A DNA stretch of 64,000 nucleotides, taken from assembly GCA_017499595.2 (NCBI GenBank), contig CM038999.1, forward strand, positions 3,286,001 to 3,350,000, given 5' to 3'. The position numbers and the translations under genes were made by a program. Below, one piece after another: positions 40,406-53,218 of the stretch. The DNA comes from Psilocybe cubensis. Lineage: Eukaryota. Below the pieces are notes generated by a model. It searched no databases and was not told where the DNA came from. It saw only the letters and a list, made by a program, of their open reading frames with translations. Numbering within the stretch: position 1 is the stretch's first letter; every line of letters starts with the position of its first letter.

Positions 40406-42303
40406 ATGAGGTCCAATCTTCTCTTCTGCGTTTTCGGATTTCTACTCCAGGTCTCAGCACAAAATTCTGGGTTGACGGTGTCGACGCAGCAGGGCCCCGT
40501 GACTGGAACGTTGGTGCTACCCACTGTACGGCGATTTTTGGGTATTCCTTTTGCCACCGCAAAAAGATGGCAGGCCCCTGAACTCCCAGCAAAACGAAAA
40601 GGCGTATTTCAGGCAAACAAGTTCAGCGACGTATGCTTTCAGGAAATGAGTGCGTTCAATGTCGGATACCTCGTGCTGGCGCAACAGACACAAGGAATCA
40701 ATGCCACTTCGTCGGAAGACTGCTTGACCGCGAACATCTGGTCTCCAAGCGTCGATAGGAAGCAGAAAACGGCAGTTATGGTCTGGATTTATGGAGGAGG
40801 ATTTACGTTTGGATCTGTAAGCATATTCATTTGAGAAATATTTCATGTTCAATCCGTTGAACCACGAGATCAAAAGAGTAACTTACCATTATACGATGGC
40901 CAAAACTTCGTGCGCGACAACGACGACGTGACGATCGTCACTTTTAACTATCGCCTCAATATATTTGGGCAACCAAATGCGCCACAGCTAGGAGCTGGGA
41001 AAAACGTGAATTTTGGACTTCTGGATATCGACGCGGCGATTCAATGGGTCCATGCTAACATAGAGAACTTCGGAGGCGACCCTGATCGAATTGTAATTTT
41101 TGGGCAGAGTGCAGGAGGAGTGGCAGTAGATGCGTATGCGTTTTCACACCCTCATGATACTATAGTCAAAGGTGAGAACCTTTTTGCATACACAAAAACT
41201 AAACAAATGACTGACTATCAGCTTTGTGAATGATAGGACTTATCGAGGAATCAGGAACGCAAGTGTCTTACCTATTATCAACCACATATACTGATAAATA
41301 ATTACAGAATTTCAGGATCACCAGGAGCAGCAAGCCTAGCAATGCTGCCTGGTAACCATTCTGACTGGACCAGTGTAGCTGTAGCCGTAGGATGTGGAGC
41401 AAGTAGGTTGAATCGTGATTTATCCAACACCAATCTGATGGAATGGATAGATGGAACCCCCCAGCAGTTCTCATGTATGCAAAAGGTACCAGCAGAGAAA
41501 CTTGCAGAGACGGTGGTCAGCACAGGAACGAGCTTTAGTATCCTTATCGATGGTAAATAAAGCGAAATACGCTCATGAATAATCAAAATATTTACCTGAT
41601 CAACTCGTCCCAGGAGTCACCATTTTCGACGACAACCCAGCTCGGCTAGCGAATGGCAATTTCCTCAAAGTCCCGCTGCTGGGTGGAACAACGGCCAACG
41701 AGGATGACGTCTTCCAACTTGACACGGAATTGATAACCCTTGGATTCGCACCGCCAGTATTGACCGAAATGATTTCAGACATCAACACCTTGGTAAGAGC
41801 TTTAGTTACCTGTGCCGATCAAACGACCGAACCCATTTTGATGTGGTTCATGGCAGGTCGAAGAAACTTGTTTGACAGGTGAAGCGGCTGTCTCTCGAAT
41901 AAACGCCAACGTCCCAACATGGCGCTACCAACTGCAAGCCATCTTCCCAGACCTCACAACTCGCCCTGAGCTACGGGCGTACCATTCCACCGAGATTCCG
42001 CTCGTTTTTGGGACATACAATGCCAGCACCCTTGGTATTCCAGCAACACCGACTGAAATGGCGTTGTCAAGATACATGCAAAGTGCGTGGGTTGCCTTTG
42101 CCCGCGATCCGACCGAGGGCCTCCTTAACTTCGGGTGGCCCTTATACAACCCAAATACGACAAGCCTGGCACAACTCGGGAACATAGCGAATGCAACTGG
42201 TGTAGTGTTTACGAAGGCAAATTTGATAGATTTTGGTTGCAACAATGTGGCAGAGTTAACGGCTATTGGGAACCAGCTCACGGCGATATTATTTGGTGGC
42301 TAA
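40406..42303 (+). CDS. Secreted type-B carboxylesterase, copy C
   Basis: Signal peptide; SEDCLTANIW, WIYGGGF, FGQSAG, GGTTANEDDVF, RAYHSTEIP. Confidence 0.9.
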
Positions 42304-42661
42304 GAGAACGAGAAGAGTGATGAGCGTCGTACAATTACCATGTTTGGAAGTCATGTACCATTTTTTAGGACAAGGAAATTTATCGGTTTGGACCGAAGAT
42401 GAGACTTCTAAGGTGCAGCACAAAGAGGAGATATCGAAGTGGTCGGGTGGCAAAATCAATCCAATTTCAAACTGCGCGGTAAAAGGTTATACCCCAACCG
42501 TCAACATCCTTTGTCACGAAAAGGCCGATGGCAAAGCAGTGGCACTCTTGCGTTGCTGAGGCTATGAGAAACAATGGACGACGTTCCACAGTGGCCCAAT
42601 CAGGTTTGGTATAAAATGGCCCGACCTTTCTTCGTTATGCTCACTTTTGCACCCACAAATC

Positions 42662-43449
42662 ATGCTGCGTCCTGTAAGTCGATGTTTTATGGTCCCCTCC
42701 TTTGACTCAATAAGGAATAGGAACCTACAGAAGAATTAATTGCCGAAACTAAGGCGGACGGTATGGTACCCATCAGCACACAGAAACCAAAACTGCAAAA
42801 CGATACCGATTCTGAAGACGAAGGAGAACACGTTATATCGGCGTTTGGAGACATTTCGTTGTCCAATATAGATTTTCTTCCTGGACCACCCTCTGGATTG
42901 TCACCGACTCCAAAACCATGTCGGGGGATTATATCTAACGACGTTGTTCGTCCTGGTTGTCCTTCGTCTCTTCTCTTTGAAACCTATAACTGACAGATGG
43001 ACCAACAGCCCCCTGCACCAACTCTACGCCGCAAGCGACCACTTGGCCCCGTGAAAGCAAGTATGCGAAAGAAAGAGCCGACTTTTGAAATGATGGTGCA
43101 GGAAATGCAAAAATCACGGAGGATATCGAGACCTTCTGACATACCCTCTAATGGTAATGGAAGTCTTTTGACAGACTTGAAGAATTTCGGACCAGAGGCG
43201 GTGATAGCAAGAGTAGACGCGGTGATATCCAGCGCTGGCTCGCACGAAGGAGTCCAAAATAACGCGCCTCCTAAGACATCACTGACAGCAAAGGCGTGTG
43301 CAGGTGTGCCGGATGAAAATGGGGTAGGGCCCGTGGTCGCCGCCAACCAACCGAAGAAAAACGGATTGCGGGGAAACGCCAAGCTGCCCAAACGCCTTCC
43401 CATTCCCCGATGGGATGTTGATAACGAATCGGTTAATCATGGGTGTTAA
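42662..43449 (+). CDS. Hypothetical hydrophilic protein (3' end uncertain)
   Basis: TATAAAA at ~42610. ATG 42662 (MLRP), GTAAGT intron, exon EPTEELIAE...SNDV, GTTCGT..CAG intron, then the 42997 ORF in frame. No recognisable domain. Confidence 0.55.
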
Positions 43450-43896
43450 AGTGAATTGGTTGTTCTTTTTGAGTCGAAATGACATTCATAATGCTATGTC
43501 GAGTAGTCGGACTAGGTTGGAGTAGTTTGACTAGATCCCTTTGTAATGTGGATAATGGTTTCGGACAAGGAAGAGTTGCGTGATGTATCCGCCTCGTTGA
43601 CGTGACCCGCTGTGACTCCCGGTTGGTTGAACGTGCTCGAGCTTTTTTGTCCTTGCAACTCGAGGGTGGCAAGGCCGTCCGCATGTTGTAAATCCATTTT
43701 ATTCCTTGCGAACCCGCCACAATTATCTATCTGGGTCCTTCTTTGTTCTCTCCTGGTCCTCTGTGAAGGTCTCACCAAGTTTTGTTCGCGTCTTGGTGCC
43801 ACTTCGTGAGATTTGGAGTCATTTCAATTGCACCACCTCTCCATTCTGACAGCCATTTCAATGCTAGATACGACTGCGGGAATTCCAATCTAATTA

Positions 43897-45942
43897 ATGA
43901 ACACAAATCCTGGAAGTTATGTTGGTGAGGAGGACTTGGATTGGGAGATCGTTCCTTTCGATTGGTGGAACACCTCGTTCATGGCAGTCTCGTGGTCCTA
44001 CAACTATCTGCAAGGCAGTACACCACACCGAACTCGCTTTCAAGGCTCGCTTTTTGTTTCTGAAAAATCGACGTTGGGGTGTTCGCCTTCGCCTGTAGAT
44101 CTTTCTCCCAGAGTCTTGAGTAAAGCACGCCGAAGTTCCGAAGAAGACGATGAATTGAATTTGGAATTGGTTGGGGTGAAGTTTGCCTTGGAGGCCGTTA
44201 AGGCATACGAGAAGGATGTTGGGTTTGACTTTTTGGACCTTGGTATTCTGTCGTCGTCGTTGGCAAACAAACTCGATTTGAGTGCAGACGTTGACGAGAA
44301 AGATTTGCAAGTCGGAAAGGATCAGTGGAACGAGATGTTGGAGGAACTGATGAATGGCCCGGCCTTTGAAAGCACGACAGATAGTGATGAATCGTTGGAA
44401 AGCTCTTTCATAGATTCCATATCGTCTTATGGTAAGTTCATTCATCGAACCTCTGTTCGTTTGCCTATTGACATGCTTTCATCTTAAGGTTCTATTGACT
44501 CAATTCCCATGCCGACAACTCCAAAGCCAAAGCCTTACTTCAGCGACGTGGAAATCAAGACATCCTCCCCCAGCGGAAGTCCTGATGGAAACCGGAGGCA
44601 CGCACCCCACTTGTCACCAACCAGGTCCCTCAGTGCGACGGCGTCTTCATTCGTCCCCACCTTTTGCTCACAGTTAAGCGACGAGCCCACCCAGTTAGCT
44701 TTATCATCCGAAAACCCCACAACCCCTCCTTCCCTCTTTTCTCCTTCCTCGGCCTTTGCCAATTTCACATTCCCTACATTGAACCCAGCTTCGCCTTCCG
44801 CTACCAAAGTCAAGAAAGACGATCAAGGCTTCTTCAGCGATGTGCAGGGCGATGGTTCGGCAGCTGCACGGTCTTCGTCTGATTTGTTGCCTGCGTTCTT
44901 GCAAAATCCATCTCAGCGCAACCGTTCTCGAAAATCCAGGACCCGTGAAATCGTTGATCAGCTTCGGTCTCAAACCGCTCCGGATTTCACTAAGTCAAGC
45001 CCCAATCTTGACATTAGCATGATTACACCTAATTATGCTAGCCTTAGTACAAGTCCAACAAGCGAAGAAGACACGACTGCTGCAAAACCTCGGCTGAGTG
45101 TCTCTGAAGATGGAGGCGGTCCTTCTCGTCTTTCAACACCTTGGGATGATGATGATGGTTGGATCGACATCAGTCAACCTGTCGCTATGCCTGAAGCTGA
45201 ACAAAAATCGAAACGAACTCGAGAGCTTTTCCTTGCTCTCACACGGCGACGGACAGACTCATCATCCTCAGGCGATCCTAAGGAAACTAGGTTAGCAGTG
45301 GATTCTGCACTGCCAAACCCACGCGATATGTCAACATCTCCATCGCCTGCACCGTCACCGTCACCGTCTCCTTTAAACACATCCACCTCCAACGCTGCGG
45401 CAAGTTCCGATGGTTGGATCGAAAGTAAACCTAACGTGCCACCAGAACCGCAAAAGAAGTCCAAGACGGCGCCATCCAACCCCAAGGATTCTCACTCACA
45501 TTCGCGGAAGAGGTCCTCCCACCACAGCTCCCGCACATCTATATCATCCACCTCTTCTTCTCATGTACAAACCTTCAGTGCAGCTTCCCCATGCTATCCC
45601 CAGCTCTCGCCTACGTTAATCCCACATCCACACTCCCAGCACATGGTTTCTCCTCAAACAGCCGCGTTCCCCTATTTCTTTCCTGCGTACCCAGCAGTTC
45701 CCATGACTTCTCCTTACGCTGCGGCGTTTTTGCAGATGCCAGGTTATCCGATGGGTATGCCAATGCATGGGCATGGTGCCCATCTGGTTCCAACTGCTGG
45801 CACAGTTGTTCACCCCATGGCCGGAATTCAATATATGATGCCGACTCTTGGGGCTCCAACGAAGCCTGCTATGAACATGGCGTCAGCGATATCCTCGCCA
45901 AATGTGACAACGTCTCACAGGGCGAAGCATACTCTGTGGTGA
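43897..45942 (+). CDS. Hypothetical low-complexity Ser/Pro-rich protein with acidic W-x-x-I/V motifs
   Basis: ORFs 43897 and 44509 join in frame via intron 44432-44488. In-frame stop just upstream of the ATG. Confidence 0.75.
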
Positions 45943-46485
45943 ACGTCACAAAAAACAATACACATTATTATTTACTAAACCTCATCCTCTTCGTAACCTT
46001 CATAACCATCCATCTTCTCTATTTCCTTCTTCTCTTTAGTATGCATGTATTCTTTTCCAGCTGTCTCTGCTCTGCTAGTTGATATGGTTTGCTTCTGGAC
46101 CTTTTCCCCTTTATTGCATTAAGTAGTTTGTGAATATACATCAAAACCAACTCATCGCGTAGTTCAAATCCCGGATCCTTCTTAGCACCTATTCTCTTGC
46201 TTCTCCTTTTCTCCACTTTTTGTGCCTGTTGCATTCACGTTGGAAGTTGGCCTCTGATATTACCAGCCAGACGGGTTCTAACGCCAACACATTCTCATAT
46301 TTTGGGCCAGTTTTTTCTTGGTTTTCTTGCTCAATTGTTATATATACAATCTTCGGCAGTCAGATGCATCGCAGAAACATTATCTTTCATGCAAGTTCTG
46401 GTATCATTTTGGATAAATGTATATGTGGGTGTAGAAAACACGCATGCTACCCATACTCTACATGCGTCCTCCCCCAAGTTGCTGT

Positions 46486-49400
46486 TTAATCGATTACAAT
46501 GCTCCAATCCTCTTTGATCAAAACTCTAGGATCTTTGATCTCCAAGACACTAGGGCTTCCACCCTTCTTGTCGCTGGCGGCAACACCAGGGGTATACTCA
46601 TACACAAGCTCACCGCCGCCCTGCACTTTAACGCTGCGCGGCTTACTGCGCAGGCCCAACACCACTATTTTCTCCACACGGACATCTGCAACACTCTTCA
46701 CAAACTCGTTTGCCGGATTATAGGTCTTGAGCGCAACGCCGTCAACCGCTTCGTCTGGCTTCGCAGCAGCAAGATCCGCGCTTGAGATGCGCAGCCCGTG
46801 CTTGCCGTGCTCCTTCGCTGAGAACTCTCGCCAGATGAGGTCGCCCTGCATGTGGTTGTACGACTCGCCATCGTCGAGGTAGAGTTCGCCGCGCGCGCTG
46901 CCAGATTTGCTCAGTGCAATCTTGAGGGTGAATGGATCACGCTTCATGAGCGATGAGGCCCGCCTTGGGCGTTCGCGCGTGGCGAGAATGGAACCGCCGC
47001 GCAGGAAGAGGGGCAACTGGTGGAGGGCAGCAGGGACGGTGATTTCCTTTCCTTTGGCGGCGCCGCGGTAAGCTTGATTGGTAAGGTAGTCATAGTATAC
47101 CTAATCGTAGATTTAAGATTCGACGAGCGAGAGAAAGATATGAGTACATACTTCATCCTCAGCGAGGTAGACCTTCGCCTCTGTGGCTCCCTTTTCTGTG
47201 ACAGGTTTGACAAGTAATCCAGTTGATCCAATATAATATTGGTCGTCAATGTCGAAGCCAGCCTTATCCTTAGGGAACATAATGAACTGAGGCCTGATAA
47301 ATAAATCAGGAACATGACTTCGATAAAATGTATAATATGCAATTTACCTCAAGATTGGCATTCCAGTAACGGTTGTCTCGCGGAACGCGGTGTACCACAC
47401 AGGCAGCAAGGTGTAACGAAGGCGTAGAATATCCTTGACAATCGACTTGTAAGGCTCATCCAACAGGAACGGTTCGCGACGCTTAGTGTCGATGTGGGCG
47501 TGAGCTCTGAAGAACGGAGCAAACGCGCCAACTTGATACCACCTAACTAGCATCTCCGGCTCAGGGTTTCCAAAGAAACCACCAACGTCAGCTGGAATGC
47601 ACAACCAAAGCGTTAGAACCAGAAGCCAAAGCAGGCCAGATTATGTACATACATCCTGCAAAGCTGAGGCCTCCTAGGCCGTTAGCCAACACCATCTTTA
47701 TCCCAACGGCCATGTGCTCCCATGTACCAAGATTGTCTCCAGTCCACATCGCGCCAAAGCGTTGAGATCCTGCGAAGAATGCACGAGTCAAGACGAAGGG
47801 CCTCATTGGAGGGTTTGTTCGTTCTGCCACTGCTTGGTAGGTCAAATTGGACTGGTATGACACATCAGAAAGCATACATTTAGTAGCTGCCGCAAATTAC
47901 TCACGTAGAGCATACCGTTGATGTTGTGGACATCACGGTGTTCCCATCCTCCATAATGGATATTGTCCTTTGGCATCGTAATTTCGGGGCCGTTGAAGAC
48001 GGAAGGCTGTAATCCATTAAACCTGAGGTCAACGGTGAAGAAATCGGTCTATGAAAATGGATTTACCTCATTCATGTCATTCCAGATATGAATGTCAGTT
48101 GTGCTCTTAGTCCAGGTCCATTTGTCTGGATTGCCTTCGGGTTTGAAGATACCCTTCCACCAGTCCCATGAGGCAGGGTTGAAGAAATCTGTCCAAGAAC
48201 TGCTTCCAGGCCAACACCATCCCTCATATTCGCCCTCTCCAGATTTTGGCTTAACAAGGATGCCAAGTTCGGAAGCTTGTTTGAATGCAGGGTAGTTATC
48301 ATCCCTCTTGAGATGGGGATCGACAATGACGACCATCTGAAAAGGAAAATTTAGTGACGAGCGGGTGAGAGTTGTTTGTTCGCTGACCTTTCTGCCATTA
48401 GCGGCAACATCATTGGTCATCTCAACAGGGTCGGGGAAGTTCTTCTCCTTCCACATGAAGTACTCGTGATCTTCAGCATACTCAATATCGAGCCAGAAAA
48501 CATCGACTGGCATATCCTCCTCATCGAAACGTTTCTGGACTGTACGAACATCATCACTGCTGACATAGTTCCAACGGCATTGATGATATCCCAAACTCCA
48601 GGCCGCGGGAAGAACTGGTGCCCCCGTAAGACGCGCATATTGCTTGAAGACGTCCTCCGCAGTGGGTCCTGGAAGGAGGAAAGTATCAAGAATACCAGAC
48701 TCGGATATCCAGTGAGTTTGGGTTGATTTGTCCGAAGCGTGAGAGACGTCGATCCAGGTTTCAGAGCCAACTACGTGGAACACGGCGACCGTCGAGTCGA
48801 CAGAGTGAGCGTGCATAAGAGGAATAGAGCCGTATAGAGAAACGGGAGAGGATGCGAGATATTCGAAAACGTCGGAATTGTATAGGCGATAGGGGTCCGA
48901 GAAGGTGGGGTCTTCGCCTGCAGTTGAAGGTAAAGCAAGGCGCGTGGCATGCTGGGGAATACCATAGACAGTTCCATGATTTGGGAAGTTAATGTCGAGA
49001 GACAAGGACTCAGGGCCTGTGTGGGGTCTTTAGCGAATCTCAACATAACGTCATTAATAGAGAGCGCACCCTTTGGCTTTGAATCTGTCCATGAAGAGAA
49101 AGTTTCTTCGAAGAGCGCATCCTCAGTTTCGCCCTCGAACCAGGCTGTGGGACGAGTCTTCACCTCGAGAACCTTCTGAGTTCCAGCTTCCTCTTCTGCA
49201 CTTTCTCCTTCAACAGGTTCTGGTTCCTCTGTTGAGGTTGGAGGCTCGACTTTATTGCGGAAGTGTTCCATGTGTAGTAGTCCATCCCCATTCAAAACGA
49301 TTTGTTCCTTTCCGTTACGAAGCAAAGATATCTGCAGAGGTTGGTGTTTGACGATGACCTCGAATTCTTTCTTCTGCCCATATGTGGCGCGTGTTGCTCC

Positions 49401-49805
49401 TTTCGACTTCGCCCATTTTATGTCCTCGCTGATCACAGGTTCCGCAATGAGTGCCCAAGATGCAGTCTCATCGTATCGTTTACGAAGACCCCCAACCTCA
49501 TCCATCCGCACTCGAACAACACCATCGTCTTGGATGCGAACCTCCAAACCGAAATTGATTTCTTCGTAGAGGCCCTTCACGGCTGCCGTAAATACAGCTT
49601 GGCTAGGAGAAATGTTGATGGAGTCCTCTTGAATGCGGTACGGCGAAACCCAAGACGACTTTGCTTCTTTGGCGCGTGCTGAGAGTGCGCGACCGCGCCT
49701 ACAGAATCCCGATTGCGAGCATGTCTTGAAATCGTGAGCCTTGAATGCCCAGGAATCGCTGACCAGTAGGAGTGCTACGGTGCCAAGGATAGACCAGGAC
49801 CGCAT
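46486..49805 (-). CDS. GLS2: ER glucosidase II alpha subunit (GH31)
   Basis: Signal plus [51 protein letters not shown], nucleophile motif [36 protein letters not shown]. Confidence 0.95.
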
Positions 49806-49916
49806 TTTAAGCGTATATCCCTCTGCCTATTCCTTAAATCTGCGGAGAGATAGAAAGTGGAGGGGTTCTAGTCAAAAGATTTATTGCGTTGGCAGTCGCC
49901 TACAGCTTTCGAGTGT

Positions 49917-49940
49917 CCACGTCGCGCACACCCACGTCGC
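49917..49940. promoter_or_regulatory. Tandem CCACGTCGC motifs, UPR-element-like, upstream of glucosidase II
   Basis: Identical 9-mers at 49917-49925 and 49932-49940, 112-135 bp upstream of the GLS2 ATG. CCACGT core of Hac1/XBP1-type bZIP sites. Confidence 0.45.
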
Positions 49941-50273
49941 AAATGGAGATATCTAGGTCATGTGATCATTCGGTTCACGCTCAGACTTGATTGCATTCTT
50001 TTCTTTTCTTTCGATGCCACAACTTGCCTCCAACCTCTATTTGACTTCAGTACACGTTTATGTTATCCGGTCATATCTGTCCCCCATCATCTTCTTGCGA
50101 GGAGGTAATGCATACCGAAAATCATTAATTACTTTACTTTACCTCCATAGGATGAACAAATTTCCCAGTAACTCCCTATCTATTCTAGTCCGCTATAAAT
50201 ATGTGGAAGGTGCAGAAGCATTCATCCAATTTGGTCTTCAAGGCATCCCCACACATACCCCACGAACCATTTT

Positions 50274-52630
50274 ATGGATTCAACCAAAGAAATTTCTTCT
50301 AGAAATGAAAAAGTCGTATCTTTATCAGAGAATCGTCTCAAACTGGACAACACAGGACTTCCGTTGATTCCACAACCAACGAATTCACCAATTGACCCTC
50401 TGAACTACCCAAATGTGTGTCTAATCCACTTGATCCGATAATAATACAAGGGAAATACATTTCTAATGCAATGCCTTTAGTGGTTGAAGTACACAATCCT
50501 GGCTCAAGTATCCTTTCTTGCTTTCTTATCCACGATGAATGTCGCCATCGTCAATCCGGCAGTCATTCTACTAGCCGAGGAGTTCAACCTGAAGCCAGTA
50601 ACTGCAACATATCAGACCACTGTCGCAATCGGTACAAGCGCACTGGGTCCACTTCTTCTTACTCCAATAGCAAATGTCTACGGTCGGCGACCAGCGTACC
50701 TGTTATCTGTATTTCTCGGCTTTGCATCTGCTGTTGGTTCAGCCAAGGCAACATCGTTTCGCACACTTATCGTTGCTCGAATATTCAATGGGATGGGCTC
50801 TTCGGCTGCTCTTGGACTAGGTGCTGGAACGGTGGTAGATCTCTTCTTTGAACACCATCGAGGCAGGGCAATGGGGATATTCGCTTTGATGTCCACGAAT
50901 GGTGCTCATTTAGCTCCCATTGTAGGTAGATATGCTTGCGTTGTCATCCGGCTAACACATGATTTTCTACGTCTCAAAGGTCGGTGGATACGTCGCACAG
51001 GCAAGAGGTTGGCGATGGACCTTTTGGGTTGGAGCAATTTTAAACGGCGCGTTCTTTGTCATGGCATGCATATTTATGCCGGAAACTATATTCGATCGAC
51101 CGAAAGAACGTAGCACCGATGAGAATGTGTTGGACGATCTCAAAGACAGTGAAGAGAGGATAGAGGATGCTATAACGGGTGACGTGTGCAAGGCGCCTCC
51201 AATGTCCCTAAAGACCTACATACGTCGGCTTTGGATATGGGATCTCGACAAACCTGCTACACGAAAAATAAAAGCAACTGACTTCCTCGTCAAACCGTTG
51301 AGCATGCTCAAATATCCTTCTGTGGCTTTTCCAGCGTTGTACTAGTAAGAGTTTCCTCCCCACTCGGTGCATTCGATTATAACGAAAATATCACCTAGCG
51401 CCGTGACGTATGGTTTCGCATCTATCGAACCTGCTCTCACAGTGGCGACATTATTCACCAAAATATATCACTTTGACACCATTAGAAACGGGTCAGCTTC
51501 GCTTTAATTCAAATTGCTCACTACATGCCTGATAAAAAACGCCACGACCTAGCCTGGCCAACGGCGTGAGTCTCCTGGTTGGAGCGTACGTGTTTACTTT
51601 CAAGTTCTGAGTTAAATGATATTCATACACCTGATAGGACATTGGGAGAACTGTGTTCAGGCCCTGTAACAGACGCCATGATGGCTCGTGCACGGCGGCA
51701 GGCTCTTATACGGGGTGAAACCGCCGCACCAGAGGTGCGCCTTCAAGGAATCTGGACAGGGGCCGTGACTGTCCCCCTTGGATTGCTCATGTATGTACTT
51801 TTTTGGAATATGTCAATGATATATCAATGACTAATTAAATGTTTAGATGCAAGTCATTCCGTTCCGAATGCGAATGTCAGAGATGATCTTAAACCCTGTT
51901 GTTAGATGGGTTAACAATCCACTTTTCAATTACCTTCATCGCGCCGTGCATAGGCATGGGTGCGTTAACTTTGCTTTTTTTGCGTAAAAATAAATTTTAA
52001 GTAACTCATGTTCGGCATCCACGACCTCCTTACCAGCGGTAGCCTGCTTTGGAAGTGAGAACCTTTGTTATTCGTGTCGGCTTTCATACTGAAACAGACA
52101 CCCAGTCCAAATCGTTACCTCTGTATGCTACACGTACAGCTGCAGCGATTGCTACCGCTCGAGAAGTAACGACGTCAGCCAATGCTTCAAGTATGTTACC
52201 CCATGGACGAGTTCAACTCACCCTCCGATCCTTACCAACTGCTCTGCAGCTTCTTTCGACAGGTGCTCGGCTTGACCTTGGGATTCTACTCGTGAGCGCT
52301 CTGCCACAGTATGACTTATTGTTGTAATGCTCATTTTGAACAGAATCCCTTTCGGTGAAAAGGTCACATTTCTTTCTGGGTACCAATCTTGACTTTTGAA
52401 GAGACTTATTTTTGGGAATTTTTCCGTTTCCTTCGTCAGATCGGCTTCGAATGGTCCTTCACCTTTTTTGCTGGTATATGGTCCGTCCTTACTTATCTCA
52501 TTCGTATACGAGTCGTTTCTTATGCTTCCCATTGTAAAGTATCGTCTCTTTTTTACCGATTGTTTTCCTCATGTATCGAGGAGCAAAATGGAGGCAATAT
52601 CTTGGTAACCCGGATTCCAAGTCGGAGTAG
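50274..52630 (+). CDS. MFS transporter (DHA1/HOL1-like), many short exons
   Basis: LIPQPTNSPIDPLNYPNWLK, motif A PIANVYGRRPAY, ARIFNG, DLFFEHHRGRAMG, GWRWTFW, MPETIF, PEVRL. Ends IVFLMYRGAKWRQYLGNPDSKSE*. Confidence 0.9.
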
Positions 52631-53218
52631 GGCTGCAGGGAAGTTTGACACTGGTGGTATCGTCATCCACAGTCAGCCACCATTATTCCGATCGAGCTTG
52701 TATGACCGATGTATTTTTGAGAGAGCAGGTTGTCGTTATCCTTATTTTCTCTCTAATTGTTTGGAGCGAAATGAGGGACGAGCTATGACGTTCGGCAAGT
52801 AGTTTGACAGGGTGTCAGTGAATTTTAAGCAAGTATGGGCGTGAGCAGGGGTCATTCGATGATCGGTGAAACTGTCACTTTTGTCAACTCCAAGTTTCAA
52901 TAATTCCACAACCATCGTAACTGATGCCAATTAATACATGCGCAGCATGTCAGCAGAACTAGCTTTGAGACCATAAAAGCCTACAAGGTAGGCCAATTTT
53001 AAGGCATAGACGATACTGAACATTGTCCTCGACAGGTGCCCTTTCTGTCTACGACTCGTCTTTTAGTAGATAACACGCTAACTAATATTTATAGCTCACT
53101 ACAATTTGTACACACATTTTCGCGGCCAGATTGAACATCTTTTACATGTAAGCGCTGATTCTAGTGCTTCCACCATCTAATTAGCAACTAATCCCTGATT
53201 AACCAGCTATCACCACCA

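Noticed and set aside
46155-46180. GTTCAAATCC T-loop-like motif suggesting a tRNA
   Set aside because: No cloverleaf stems or A-box around it.
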